A stretch of DNA of 64,000 nucleotides from positions 1-64,000 of the forward strand of contig CBFFRP010000079.1 of the NCBI GenBank assembly GCA_965644295.1, in the 5' to 3' direction. Under the pieces are notes generated by a model that saw nothing but the letters and a program-made list of their open reading frames with translations, ran no database searches and had not been told where the DNA came from. Origin of the DNA: Paraphysomonas bandaiensis (taxonomy: Eukaryota; Protista; Chrysophyceae). Below, one piece after another: positions 19,587 through 30,024 of the stretch (position 1 is its first letter; every line of letters starts with the position of its first letter). A program made the translations under genes and the position numbers.

Positions 19587-19842
19587 AATATCTTCTTCCT
19601 CTTATCATTGCAATTGTCTAACAATTTTCATAAATCTAAGACCCTCCCCTTAGTTTTCATTTATTAAAACTTTTATACACAAAAATTCCACCGTAGGGAA
19701 ATGGACTGTAGTCTAACGTAGTCCAATGTCATACATTAGAACATTTCATGGGTGAACATCGGCAACATCATCTATATTAGAAAAACAGGTGTTCTAAGAC
19801 AAATGTTTAATTTGTCCTAGAACCCCGGTTTTTCTAATATAT
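19586..19842 (-). repeat. Right terminal inverted repeat (257 bp)
   Basis: Reverse complement of 4139-4395. Confidence 0.97.
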
Positions 19843-19848
19843 ATCCTG
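19843..19848. repeat. Right target-site duplication ATCCTG
   Basis: Matches 4133-4138. Confidence 0.9.
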
Positions 19849-19998
19849 AACACAATGAAGGTCCTAAAGCAATATATAGGGTCCTGATATAGGGTCTGTG
19901 TGTATAGGGTCCTAAAAGTCAATGTAACCATGCATGTGACTCAATAGCGTGATACTATAGCCACGTAGATAGGGCATGGGAAATGCCACGTGGTCACA
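19849..19998 (-). repeat. First part of a Gypsy 3' LTR interrupted by the Polinton
   Basis: Minus-strand polypurine tract GGGGGAGGAGGCAG (19999-20012) directly followed by TGTGACCA; downstream of integrase 20182-21195; may continue at 4138 down to ~4091 (TGTG). Confidence 0.6.
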
Positions 19999-20181
19999 CT
20001 GCCTCCTCCCCCGTTTTGGTTGTCTACAGAATAGCATGCCTCCGGTATTCACAAATGCCAACGGGTCTAGGTGTTACGTAGCCGTCAAAACGAAAATCCC
20101 CGGAGAATTATAAGTTATAATAATGATTTGATATGGAATAGAATTGAGAGAGCAATAAGTATAATGTGTCCAGCGTGGAAC

Positions 20182-21195
20182 TTAATAAGACGCACGGACC
20201 TGAGGATATTTGTTGGCAAAATCCTCGTCCACGAGTACCATTGTGCTAGCATTCACCTCGGAATGGACAAAGCAATGCACTAGGTAATTATCATAACGAT
20301 AGGTACGGAGAGTGAGAAGATCCTTCACCGATAAAACTCGCTTAGAGCTCTTGTGATACCAGTGTGTGAACTGGATAGGAGCTACATAAGTAATGAGATG
20401 AGAATCTGGTAATTCCAACTCATCGTACCAAGCATCACCATAAATTCGCAAATCAACATAGGCTAGATCACCAGGTTGAAACTGAGTGATCGGTTGCCGG
20501 CGGAAATCCGCGATGTATTTCTTTGCATAGTCAGCAGTGTAAATAAGATGGTAAAGATATCTTTTTCGAGAACAGAATTCAGCATAAGGAACGGAATCAA
20601 AAATATCCTTGCTGTAAGGGACTTCTCGGACATCTCCATCTTGAAAACGCACAGTGAAAACCATGGTAGATCGAACCTCTCTATCACCACGGTAATAAAG
20701 GATTTCATCAATAACATGTTGATCCTGATCCCGTAAAGCCATTTTATAAGCAGCATCAGAATCTCCCGGAAACAATTTAACATCGCTCACGGAAACACGA
20801 ACCACTTGCCCAGTGGCGAGATGTTGACAGTCTACGTCATTCTTGTACTGGGACTTGACTGAGAAAGGTCCCATATACCGGTGAGACATCTTAGGATGAA
20901 CCTTTGCCCCTTTGTCAAATAAGACAAAATCTCCCGGTTGGTACCTATTCTGTCTATCGGGATGCACACCTGTTCCTGCCCTCTCCGTGGCTAACTTTTG
21001 CTGATAAGCTTTGGAAGCCTCTCGGAGTTGGGCTAACTGATCATTAAGCGCAGTGAGTCTAGCATGCGCCCGATCGGGAAGATCTTTGATATCCATGTTC
21101 AAATAGTCAAGATCCTTTGAGCCAAACGTCAACTCAAAAGGCGAAAATCCTGTTTCCGAAGACACCTTCGGTACAGATAAACGTTTTTTAGCCAT
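20182..21195 (-). CDS. C-terminal part of a Gypsy chromo-integrase with a foreign 10-aa N-terminus
   Basis: SSETGFSPFELTFG, YQPGDFVL, RYMGPF, chromo-like HVIDEILYYRGD; homologous to 1542-3227 but lacks HHCC and the DDE core. Confidence 0.85.
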   Translation of the reverse strand: MAKKRLSVPKVSSETGFSPFELTFGSKDLDYLNMDIKDLPDRAHARLTALNDQLAQLREASKAYQQKLATERAGTGVHPDRQNRYQPGDFVLFDKGAKVHPKMSHRYMGPFSVKSQYKNDVDCQHLATGQVVRVSVSDVKLFPGDSDAAYKMALRDQDQHVIDEILYYRGDREVRSTMVFTVRFQDGDVREVPYSKDIFDSVPYAEFCSRKRYLYHLIYTADYAKKYIADFRRQPITQFQPGDLAYVDLRIYGDAWYDELELPDSHLITYVAPIQFTHWYHKSSKRVLSVKDLLTLRTYRYDNYLVHCFVHSEVNASTMVLVDEDFANKYPQVRASY

Positions 21196-21904
21196 TTACT
21201 GACCTTTTCACAGCAATATAATCGCCTGCAGTGTCGTCATCATTTTTGGCGAGTATTTCAAATGCGACACGTTTAAATATCTCATTCATTTTCTTACGTT
21301 TGTCTTCACGTTCATCTTCGCATTCTTCATCTTCGCATTTTTCATCTTCGCATTCTTCATCTTCGCCTTCTTCATCTTCGCATTCTTCATCTTCGCATTC
21401 TTCGTCTTCGCATTCTTCGTCTTCACTTTCTTCGTCTTCTCCTCCACATGACGGCGAAAACTCTAATGACAAGGTCCAAATTATATAGCCCACATTATCA
21501 ACAATGCATTTATAAGGTTTATTCTCTAAATCAAACAACCTAAAACGTATTCTTTTACCTCCAGAATACCTGACTTTAAACCTATTATTACCTACTGGTT
21601 TTGCCTCTTCAATAAACGGGAATATTTTACATATAAGATATTGATCTTTTTCACCGTCATTAAAATTACTTTCTTCAGTTAATCCATCAGCAACCAAACC
21701 CATTATTGGGGCGTCTTTATGGTCCAATTTTCTTTTTTTTATGGTGTCGTAGTTGATATTAAAACCAATACACTCAACATTATAATATTTACATCCCATA
21801 TATGGTATTGGTGGCAACGTTAATGTGCAATCGTGTGCATCTTCTGCAATAGCTGTCATAGATGTAAAATTATAAATAAATCGTTTGTTAAAAGGAAAAG
21901 TCAT
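21188..21904 (-). CDS. Penton-like domain protein with acidic (ECEDE)n tail
   Basis: FIYNFTSMTAIAEDAHDCTLTLPPI...YYNVECIGFNIN...KRIRFRLFD...WTLSLEFSP matches 11968; 15-bp tandem repeats at ~21313-21440. Confidence 0.65.
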   Translation of the reverse strand: MTFPFNKRFIYNFTSMTAIAEDAHDCTLTLPPIPYMGCKYYNVECIGFNINYDTIKKRKLDHKDAPIMGLVADGLTEESNFNDGEKDQYLICKIFPFIEEAKPVGNNRFKVRYSGGKRIRFRLFDLENKPYKCIVDNVGYIIWTLSLEFSPSCGGEDEESEDEECEDEECEDEECEDEEGEDEECEDEKCEDEECEDEREDKRKKMNEIFKRVAFEILAKNDDDTAGDYIAVKRSVNG

Positions 21905-21938
21905 TATATAATATAAATATATAATAATTTAAAATTAA

Positions 21939-22112
21939 TTAAAGCTTTTTTTTAATTCTTTTTTTCACTGATGTGGCCTTTTTGTTTATCTTCTTGGCTA
22001 CCTCCTTACGCTTGTTCTCTGCGTGTTTGGTTACGTCTTGTTTAGCTTTGTTTACTGTTGCTCTCAAAGCTTTATTAATCAGTTTGTTTACTTGGGCTTG
22101 TTTCTTTGGCAT
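21939..22112 (-). CDS. Small Lys-rich protein (MPKKQAQVNK...)
   Basis: Composition similar to ORF 15317; ATG at 22112 after an AT-rich leader. Confidence 0.45.
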   Translation of the reverse strand: MPKKQAQVNKLINKALRATVNKAKQDVTKHAENKRKEVAKKINKKATSVKKRIKKKL

Positions 22113-22653
22113 TATATATAATAGGTGTATATATTTTTTTACAGGATAATAGGGAGTAAAATACGGCATGTCTATATATAGTGTTAAACAGGTCTGTTGT
22201 TCCGTCTATCTGTTGTAGTTGTTCGGTGTTTAAGTCAGGGTTGGTCTATCGTTTGGTTAATAGGGTCGGTTGATCGCTGGGGTTAATATGTATAGTATTA
22301 TTTTATTTTGATTGCATTTTTTTTGACACTTTTTTTTGAAATATATTATATACAAACTTTTTTTGTTAAATAATATTTTTTTTAATAAAAAATGTTGTAA
22401 AAAATGTAGTGTATACTGTTGTAATATTTACTATAATAACATTTTTTATTACATTTTTTATTGTGAATAGGTAAACAGCATTTTAGATGTAACAAAAATG
22501 TAATAAAAATGTAATGTATAATATTGGAAGCACTTGTACGTGATAAAGAGTAATACCATAGGGGCAAGGGTTGGTGTATATTAATAGTTTTCATGGTCAC
22601 GGTTAACACTATACAGGGGGTGAAATCCCCCTCTCCTCTCTCTTTTTTTTTTC

Positions 22654-23454
22654 GTATGCTCTGACTGCGGATTTAGACTAGACTCACTCAAGCATATGTG
22701 TCTAGACTGCACAAACGACACCATAACGCAGATAAGGGAGTCTGCATTTCACAGCCACAAAAACGCGCTCCTAGAAGAAATGAGGAATCCGGAATTACCC
22801 CAATGGACCACCACTGTACTCCAGCGACTCTCCAGCAGGGCCTGGAACCCTTCCGTGCCACAGGTGGAGAGATTCTGGACGGGTACCATCACAATGACAC
22901 AGCTTGAAATGGTTTTTGGAGATCACATCCATGAATCACTGACATCCCAAGGACTGCGCAGCATCGAATCAGCGATCATCAAATTACTGCTACCGCTGTT
23001 CGCTGCAGCAAAGCTCATGATCCAAGATCGCGGAAGAAGATACGTGACCCTACGGAAAGGCCCCCCAAGGCTACTACCGCGGCCGAGTCCAAACCACAGA
23101 CAGAAACGGAAACGCCCAAGGGTGCTAAGATTACTAGGAATCCACAGACGAACCGAGACTGGAACACCGCCCACCGTACCTCTGAACCCTACCAACCATA
23201 CACAGAGGACCATAGCAACGGACCGTATGAAACAAACAGGCCCTAGACAAAGGCGACGACGTCTCCGGCAACTCCACCTATGCCCAACGCCCAAACGGTG
23301 CATGGCGACACCGCCACATTCCACCACACCATCAACCTCTCAGTCCACACATCTAGTGCTCGGTACACTCAGGACCTTAATACAGAACCCGGTACCTCAG
23401 AGTCAGGCGGAACCGTATCCCAAGGGGAGACCCCCGGACAACACGCGCCAGTGA
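22654..23454 (+). pseudogene. LINE ORF2 C-terminal fragment with CCHC zinc knuckle
   Basis: In-frame CSDCGFRLDSLKHMCLDC (C-x2-C-x8-H-x4-C) runs into ORF 22696; C/A-rich plus strand like 1-960. Confidence 0.7.
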
Positions 23455-23503
23455 GTCCTCAGACACACGAGCAGGGCGAACTCACACACAACATAAAGAA
23501 CGG

Positions 23504-23680
23504 AAGTGGTTGCACCTTGGTGCTTGCGGCGACGCACAAGCAGCTTCTGTAGCGTTAAATAGTAGGATAATAGAATTTGCGCTGATTAGTTATGGGTAGA
23601 GGTCTAACTAGTAGACTAGTATTCAACTAGCCGCTATATCGGAACGGGTTTTTAACGCCTATTGCTAAATAAAAAGACAT
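23504..23680 (+). repeat. Dispersed repeat family A, copy 1
   Basis: Core ttgcaccttggYgcttgcggYgaYgcacaagcWgct shared with ~40739-40925 and ~62726-62918. Confidence 0.85.
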
Positions 23681-25195
23681 TCAATATACAACTCAGAATC
23701 AATCCTTTTATCAAATTATTCACACGGAGCTCAGCTCACTTTTAACCATTCGAGTAATCCCTTCACTGCTAGCTCCAAATAAATGTCGCTGCCTTGTGTT
23801 TATCTTCTTACTTTGTATGTCACACGAAGTATACTTTGCTATCATGGGTGAATAAAAAACTTCATAAATTATACTTATATATTATAAAATATCACTATTT
23901 AAATGTTATTACAGTAATTTTATTATAACATGGTGTCACATACAAGGTCTCCATCCACTACATTGAGAATTGCTAACCACCTTCATCGGCGACTCCAAAA
24001 ATGCAATTAGGTAGGCTATAGTCCCCGGCTTGATTAAGGCGCTGATTGATTCAGATGACTGGGGAGTACGGCTATCAATGTCTTGAGGATAGCGACCGCT
24101 TCATATCTCCCAGGTGGGAATTTCGTGGATAGATTCTACGACGCGCTTGTATACCACCTGCTGTCTCATTTGCAGTCTCCTTTCATATAAAAGTCTTGTA
24201 AGCCCTTCCCCAGGGGTCAAACCGATCTCATCCCAGCCTTCAAACATCCTCTTTATAATGCCACTTGGGAAAGTGCCTGAGTGGATGCAGTCAGTCATAT
24301 GAATAAAGAACTTCTGAGCCATAGTGCTTTGCCGTGTCAGATCTGCGGCCTACGCACGCCTGAACTTTATCTCAGAAGTCTTGCTAATTGTTGGCCTGAT
24401 GTTCTCCGCCCAGTCATAATCCTTTGGTGTTTAGAAGTTATCCTTTAAAAAGTTCTTCCCCCGCCGCATTTCGCCATCCTGAGCCGTTCAGACTGATTCG
24501 TAGCAATCCCCCCGTTCGCCGCACACACAGCATTCACATATTGGTGGCAGTATTGCACTGCGAATTCTCATATTTCGCTTCTTCGACTATGCCCATAACC
24601 AGCTTGGTCATGGAGGTCGAATGTCACTGCCATCAAATCTCTGTCAAGACGTGATGACAGGAGGGGAGGTGATCCAGTTAGACTCGTCTGACACAAAGGC
24701 GTCCATTGATATACATACATACCACATCGAGGCATTCCCGAAGAAAGGCTTAAATCCCTAGTCAGAGTAGAAATGGAACTCCAAACTGCTCCAGGATTTC
24801 GCTCAGCTTCATTATGATAACGCGGGCTTTAGGGTTGCCATACATTCCTCAAGTTAGTAGACCTTCCTGCTTGATAGAATATTGATATCAGGGAGGATTT
24901 GACGGCTGCTCTGATGGTGTGCTCAAATACCCGGGGAGGGGCCTCAATTAAGGTGATCTATTGACAAGAGTGTCCCATACTGACAGTGTAACTAATCACT
25001 GCATGCGGCCCTCTAGTGGGTGCTACTGAGTGTTGCAATCGCGCACCTCTACCTATGTACACATTGCTTAGTTCAGCACTACCCCACCCAGGTTCTCACT
25101 GCATATTCAGCGCTGAATACTGTGTGATAATGATGTAGCTAGCTAGTTGGGTTTAGTAGGTAGCTAGCAAATAATGGATGGGACTTATCAAGTAC

Positions 25196-25332
25196 TTTGT
25201 ATATTTTTGTTCAAAGATGCCTCTAATATTGAGACAATAATTATCTATATACCAGCCGTAGTTGTATTGAACTAATATAGAGAATATTTGCTTCAATTTA
25301 TTCCCGAAAAATGAAATGCAGAGTTTCCATAC
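25196..25332 (+). repeat. Dispersed repeat family B (~135 bp), copy 1
   Basis: tttgtatatttttgttcaaagatgc...caatttattcccgaaaaat also at ~41963-42100, ~42283-42421 and inverted at ~55430-55560. Confidence 0.9.
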
Positions 25333-25342
25333 GTATTATGTA

Positions 25343-25407
25343 ATACATACATACATACATACATACATACATACATACATACATACATACATACATACAT
25401 ACATACA

Positions 25408-25443
<36 letters not shown>

Positions 25444-25684
25444 TGTACATACATACATACATACATACATACATACATACATACATACATACATACATAC
25501 ATACATACATACATACATACATACATACATACATACATACATACATACATACATACATACATACGTACATTCATGCATACATACATACGTACATTCATAC
25601 ATACATACATACATACATACATACATACATACATACATACATACATACATACATACATACATACATACATACATACATACATAC
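25343..25684. repeat. (ACAT)n microsatellite, about 340 bp
   Basis: Read directly. Confidence 0.98.
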
Positions 25685-26421
25685 GCGTAGTATAATGAGT
25701 GCATATGTGAAGCTTTTTGCTACAACTGTGAATCAACGTATTCTCTGTATACTGTGTATATGGAATACATAGGTATACGTGTACGTATATGAGTGTATAT
25801 CTCTGGGTGACTTCGAAGTGAATGTGATGTGGATATATGCATATATGAGTACATGATTCAGAGGCTCTGCTGCTGCCTCTACTCACAGACACGAGTGAGG
25901 ACTATCAACAGTGTGTGGTCATAGTGGTGTATAGTGGTGTGTGCTCCTCATGAGGAGAGAGACTCGTATGATCATATGAATAATACCGCAGCAGATACAC
26001 ACACATACATACAGAACCCCCACACACATATACATGCATAGACCGCATGGAGCACCCTGAATAGTCATATGACTGAACCAGAAGCCTTCACCACTAATGC
26101 GCTCCTGAGTGTGTTATTTTATATGGTGTATCTGCATTAATGGAGCTGTGGAAGCATGTGTATCCGTTAGAAGACTGTGACGATGTTGTTAGTGCAGCTG
26201 GTGGTGATCATCCATATGAGGACTTCCTCTATAAGGATAACATATGAATAATATGAGAGTGTGGATGAGTTGTGGGGGTGGTGGGAGTATATGTATGTGG
26301 TATAGGGACGCCTCTTACGACCCAACCAGTGAAGAGCCTGTCGACCATATGACTCCTAATACTGTATCCTTCGTAATGATCTGTTGTGTCCTGTAAATAT
26401 GACTGAGGTTTACATATAACA

Positions 26422-26700
26422 TTCATCAAGATGTAGGTGCTGTCGTAGATAAGAGATGGATGTATATCGTATATTACATATTGCTATTGCATACATATCC
26501 ACTTACTTACAACTTATATCATATATTACTATCAGTGTTTATCAGACACTGTAATGTAGAGCTGTCTACTAATCCTTCATCAAGATGAAGGTGCTGATGT
26601 AGATAACAGATGGATGCAAGTATATCGTATATCACATAATGTTATAACATATCTACTGACAATATATATACATATTTATCAGACCATGATATAGAGCTGT
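26422..26700. repeat. Diverged tandem duplication, period about 153 bp
   Basis: ttcatcaagatg.aggtgctg...agatggatg...gtatatcgtatat...tttatcagac...tagagctgt occurs twice. Confidence 0.75.
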
Positions 26701-27001
26701 TTGTCAAGGTAAGGTGGTGCTTTAGCTAAGAAATTGTAGAGTGTGATATATACTACTTAAATTTAAAGAAGTGTCATTTATCTATTCCATACACATTTCA
26801 ACTTGCAGATTGAATTGTACAAGCTACCATACGAAACTGTATCCACTTACGATATGACTCACAATTATATCCAGCGCACTAGAAAATGTTCATTACTAAT
26901 ATTTTTTGACCGGTTTGTGTCCTTGCTCTTGAACAAGCATTGCATCATCTTTCCAGTCAAAATGTTCAATCATCAATGAAGCTACTGAATCAGTTCTACT
27001 C

Positions 27002-29090
27002 TGTTGAGTTCTGCAATATGATGTGATATATATTGTGCAATTGAAGTGAGTTAACAGTGTGCAATAGGCAAAGTCAACTCACAGGTGTAACGGGTGATTA
27101 TAGTTACAAAGGAATTAAATTCAGTTACTGATGTGTAACTATACAAGATATAGAACTGACCGATGAACATATGATAAACAGGTGTTGCTGGGAACAGATG
27201 TTTCAACATATGTTAGACGAATACGTAGTGAAGTGTTCAGAATAATAATTATAATTTCTTACTTGAAAGTGCATTGTGTTCCACATAGCAAGATTAAGGT
27301 TTACGTGTAGAGCAAAGTTAAATTCAGTGAAATGTCCAATTCGAACATGATTAATAAGTGAATACACGTCCAGTTAACTTACTAATCATCCAATTGTGTC
27401 ATAACTTGACATGGTAGCGGATGGTAGTTGGAAGCAACTGCTGAAGTGTGACCATTGGAATGAAACTGGACAGAGAAGCAGGAGTACTGCTTTTTATAGT
27501 AGAAACATACAGTATATAGGATATAAAACCAGTATTATTTACGAAAATCGGGGTTTTTAATACGAACATGACAGAAAAAGTAGACTGGAAAAATGACTGA
27601 CGTTGGAGTGTGTATGTTGTAGTGGTTGATGAATGTATGAACCCTCTGAAGAGACCCGCATAATTATCAGAATGATGTCTACCCATGTGCAGAGTGTAAG
27701 CACGGTGATTCAGTAATGTGTCTGATTGTGTTGATGGGGATGCGAGTGATGAGGAGTCGTGTCCATTGTGTTATATATGATGAGAGTAGTTCCTCATGAG
27801 ATAGATGGAGTGCTATCGATGATGAGCTTGAGGCGGTTGTTGTCAAGAGTGACCCACTGGTTCGAGCTGTTGCAGAGTTCGGCCATCGTATAGTCGATAG
27901 AGACGTGTATAACCGCCGGCTGTACTAAAAACCTCGTTCTTGTGACGACAAGAGAGGTGGGTCTTCATCTACGCCGGCTTCGTGGGGAACACACAATAAG
28001 TCTATACGGCGGATGAGATTCCAGGGAAGAGAATGTCCCTTCGTACTTTGCCTAGTGATACTGTGTATACTAAGTCTAGTGAGATCAGTGCGAATCGTGA
28101 CTGAGACTGTACCTTTTGTGTCTAGTGAGATCAGTGGTACTGTACCTGCTGAGTCTAGAGGGACTTGTGTGGTAAGCGTACGGGTGTTGACTAGTGTGTC
28201 CACCCTGGGTGAGGTAATCCTTCTTTATGATGAGGAGATTGTCAACCTGTGTGATGACAGTGACTGTATCTAATAACTAACATAATATGTCTAATTGTAG
28301 AGAGATCAAGGCATAATATATGCGAAGTTCGTTAATTGCGATTGATTCGTTTCAGTGTGTAAGTATCAGGCTATGTCTGCTGGCATGCAGGAACTGGTGT
28401 GGCTTCGGGTGGTGGTGATCGAACAGGGACTTCGATTGTACGAACCCACTCCGTTCTTGCTGACAGCCAGGGTGCTCGCGACTTAGCGTTGAAGTTGAAT
28501 GATGTGGTGTGATTGATCTCAGTGACGAGGATAAGAAATCATACGTGCTGTTATCAGAGACAGAAGATCTTTCAGATGTGTTGTCTATGGTGAGACTTGC
28601 TGAAACGTCGGAGCCATACGTCCACCTGTTTGTCCTATATGGTTTCGGTGGTTGCGTATCCGTCAGTTATGTCTCGTGATGTAAGGATTCAATCTACAGC
28701 GTATCCGTCAGTGCGATGTGAAGATTCAATGTACAGCTCATGAGGTCTTGGTGGTTGCGTATCCGTCAGTTATGTCTCGTGGTTTGACAATTCAATGTAC
28801 AGCTTTGAATTGAGAGGGAGTGTTGAGTTTTGCTGTTTGAGCAATTAAAAGCTGTAATTCTAAGGTGTTGGAATTAAGACCGTTAGTCGAAGAATACAGT
28901 AGTGATGAGCTGTATTATGAGAAGTGATATCATGACGATGTAAGATCGTACTAGAAATGAGTGGTAGTAGAGATAACGTAATATATTGCTTATTATATTT
29001 ATGATAATCTTCTCTTATCTTAACTTGATTCATGAGTGAATACACGTCCAGTTAACTTAGTAAATCATCCAATTGTGTCATATCTTGACG
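27002..29090 (+). mobile_element. Degenerate, internally deleted Ty1/Copia element
   Basis: LTR-like starts TGTTGAGTT at 27002 and 28821; shared ~50-bp ends (27361-27411, 29039-29090); PBS-like TGGTAGC at 27412; PPT GAGAGGGAG at 28812-28820; RNase H remnant YQAMSAGMQELVWLR at ~28364-28490. Confidence 0.75.
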
Positions 29091-30024
29091 AAAAGCAAAC
29101 TTACACTCAATGTTGTGAATTATAAATTATAATCAATATTTCTTATCATTCATCAATTGCATATTATCACTACAACCACCCTCTCTTCTCATACGATCTT
29201 ACATCATCAATGTCCTTCATGACCACTATATTTCCGTTTCACTACTATATAGACACCGTAATTATATCACTTCTCATAATACAGCTCATCACTACTGTAT
29301 ATTGACAATTGACCATTTTCAGATGATTAAGATCGTTGTAAGAGAAGTTTAAGTTAGTCAAACTAGATAGATTACTTTATTATGATTGTATACACAATTG
29401 TGCGTGTTGTCATGTAACACATGTCGACAACATGATAAATTATTTCGTTCATGTCAACCACTGCTCAACTTCCGTATCTTGAATCGTCATGATATAATAC
29501 TTCAGTTTCACAGTTATAGCTATATAGCACCTTTGACTATTGACTACGTATTACTATTTTTCACATTGTATTTAACGTATTCTACAGTACTATCTTAGAG
29601 AACCATACGTATTCCAACACTGTATACACTATGTAACGGTTATAATTTAAATACCTTATAGCTACAGCTTGCAATTACTCACAAACAGCCCTCAACACAT
29701 GATAATCACGTACAACGGATTAGTTATAAATGTAACTGGCAATGGCAATCGTTATAATGACGATCATGTGTGTATCTTCAATAGATATTCTCACTAATTC
29801 AGGTCGTGATATATTTCATTGAACACTGTAATTCATATATATTATCGTTTATTAAGATGAATCCGAATAAATCGAGTATATATTACGCGCAGTCAATTAA
29901 ATCTTAATCATCCAACAAAGTCAAATCTCGTCAAACCCTTCGAGCAGCAGCACATCCGATTATATTACTACAAGGACATGGAGGGTCGACACACCGTAAA
30001 CCGTTCATCTCAGGGGCATGGTTC

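Larger units (their letters stand above)
4139..19842. mobile_element. Endogenous Polinton/Maverick-like virus, apparently complete (15,704 bp)
   Basis: 257-bp TIRs, 6-bp TSD, dense intronless AT-rich ORFs: pPolB, rve integrase, major capsid, penton, A32-like ATPase, fibre. Confidence 0.96.
21166..22643 (-). mobile_element. Terminal remnant of a second Polinton-like virus
   Basis: Carries a homolog of ORFs 10991/11968, a Lys-rich small ORF, AT-rich non-coding DNA and a minus-strand AGAGAGAGGAGAG terminus with an adjacent hairpin; inner boundary approximate. Confidence 0.55.

Noticed and set aside
24570-24830. Possible degenerate integrase (AHNQLGHGG, EVIQLDS, LHYDN)
   Set aside because: Motifs are short and scattered across frames; needs a translated profile search
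25293-25892. ORFs reading MYVC/HTYI (also 33596-34224, 52498-52772, 58781-59389)
   Set aside because: Translations of (ACAT)n-type microsatellites
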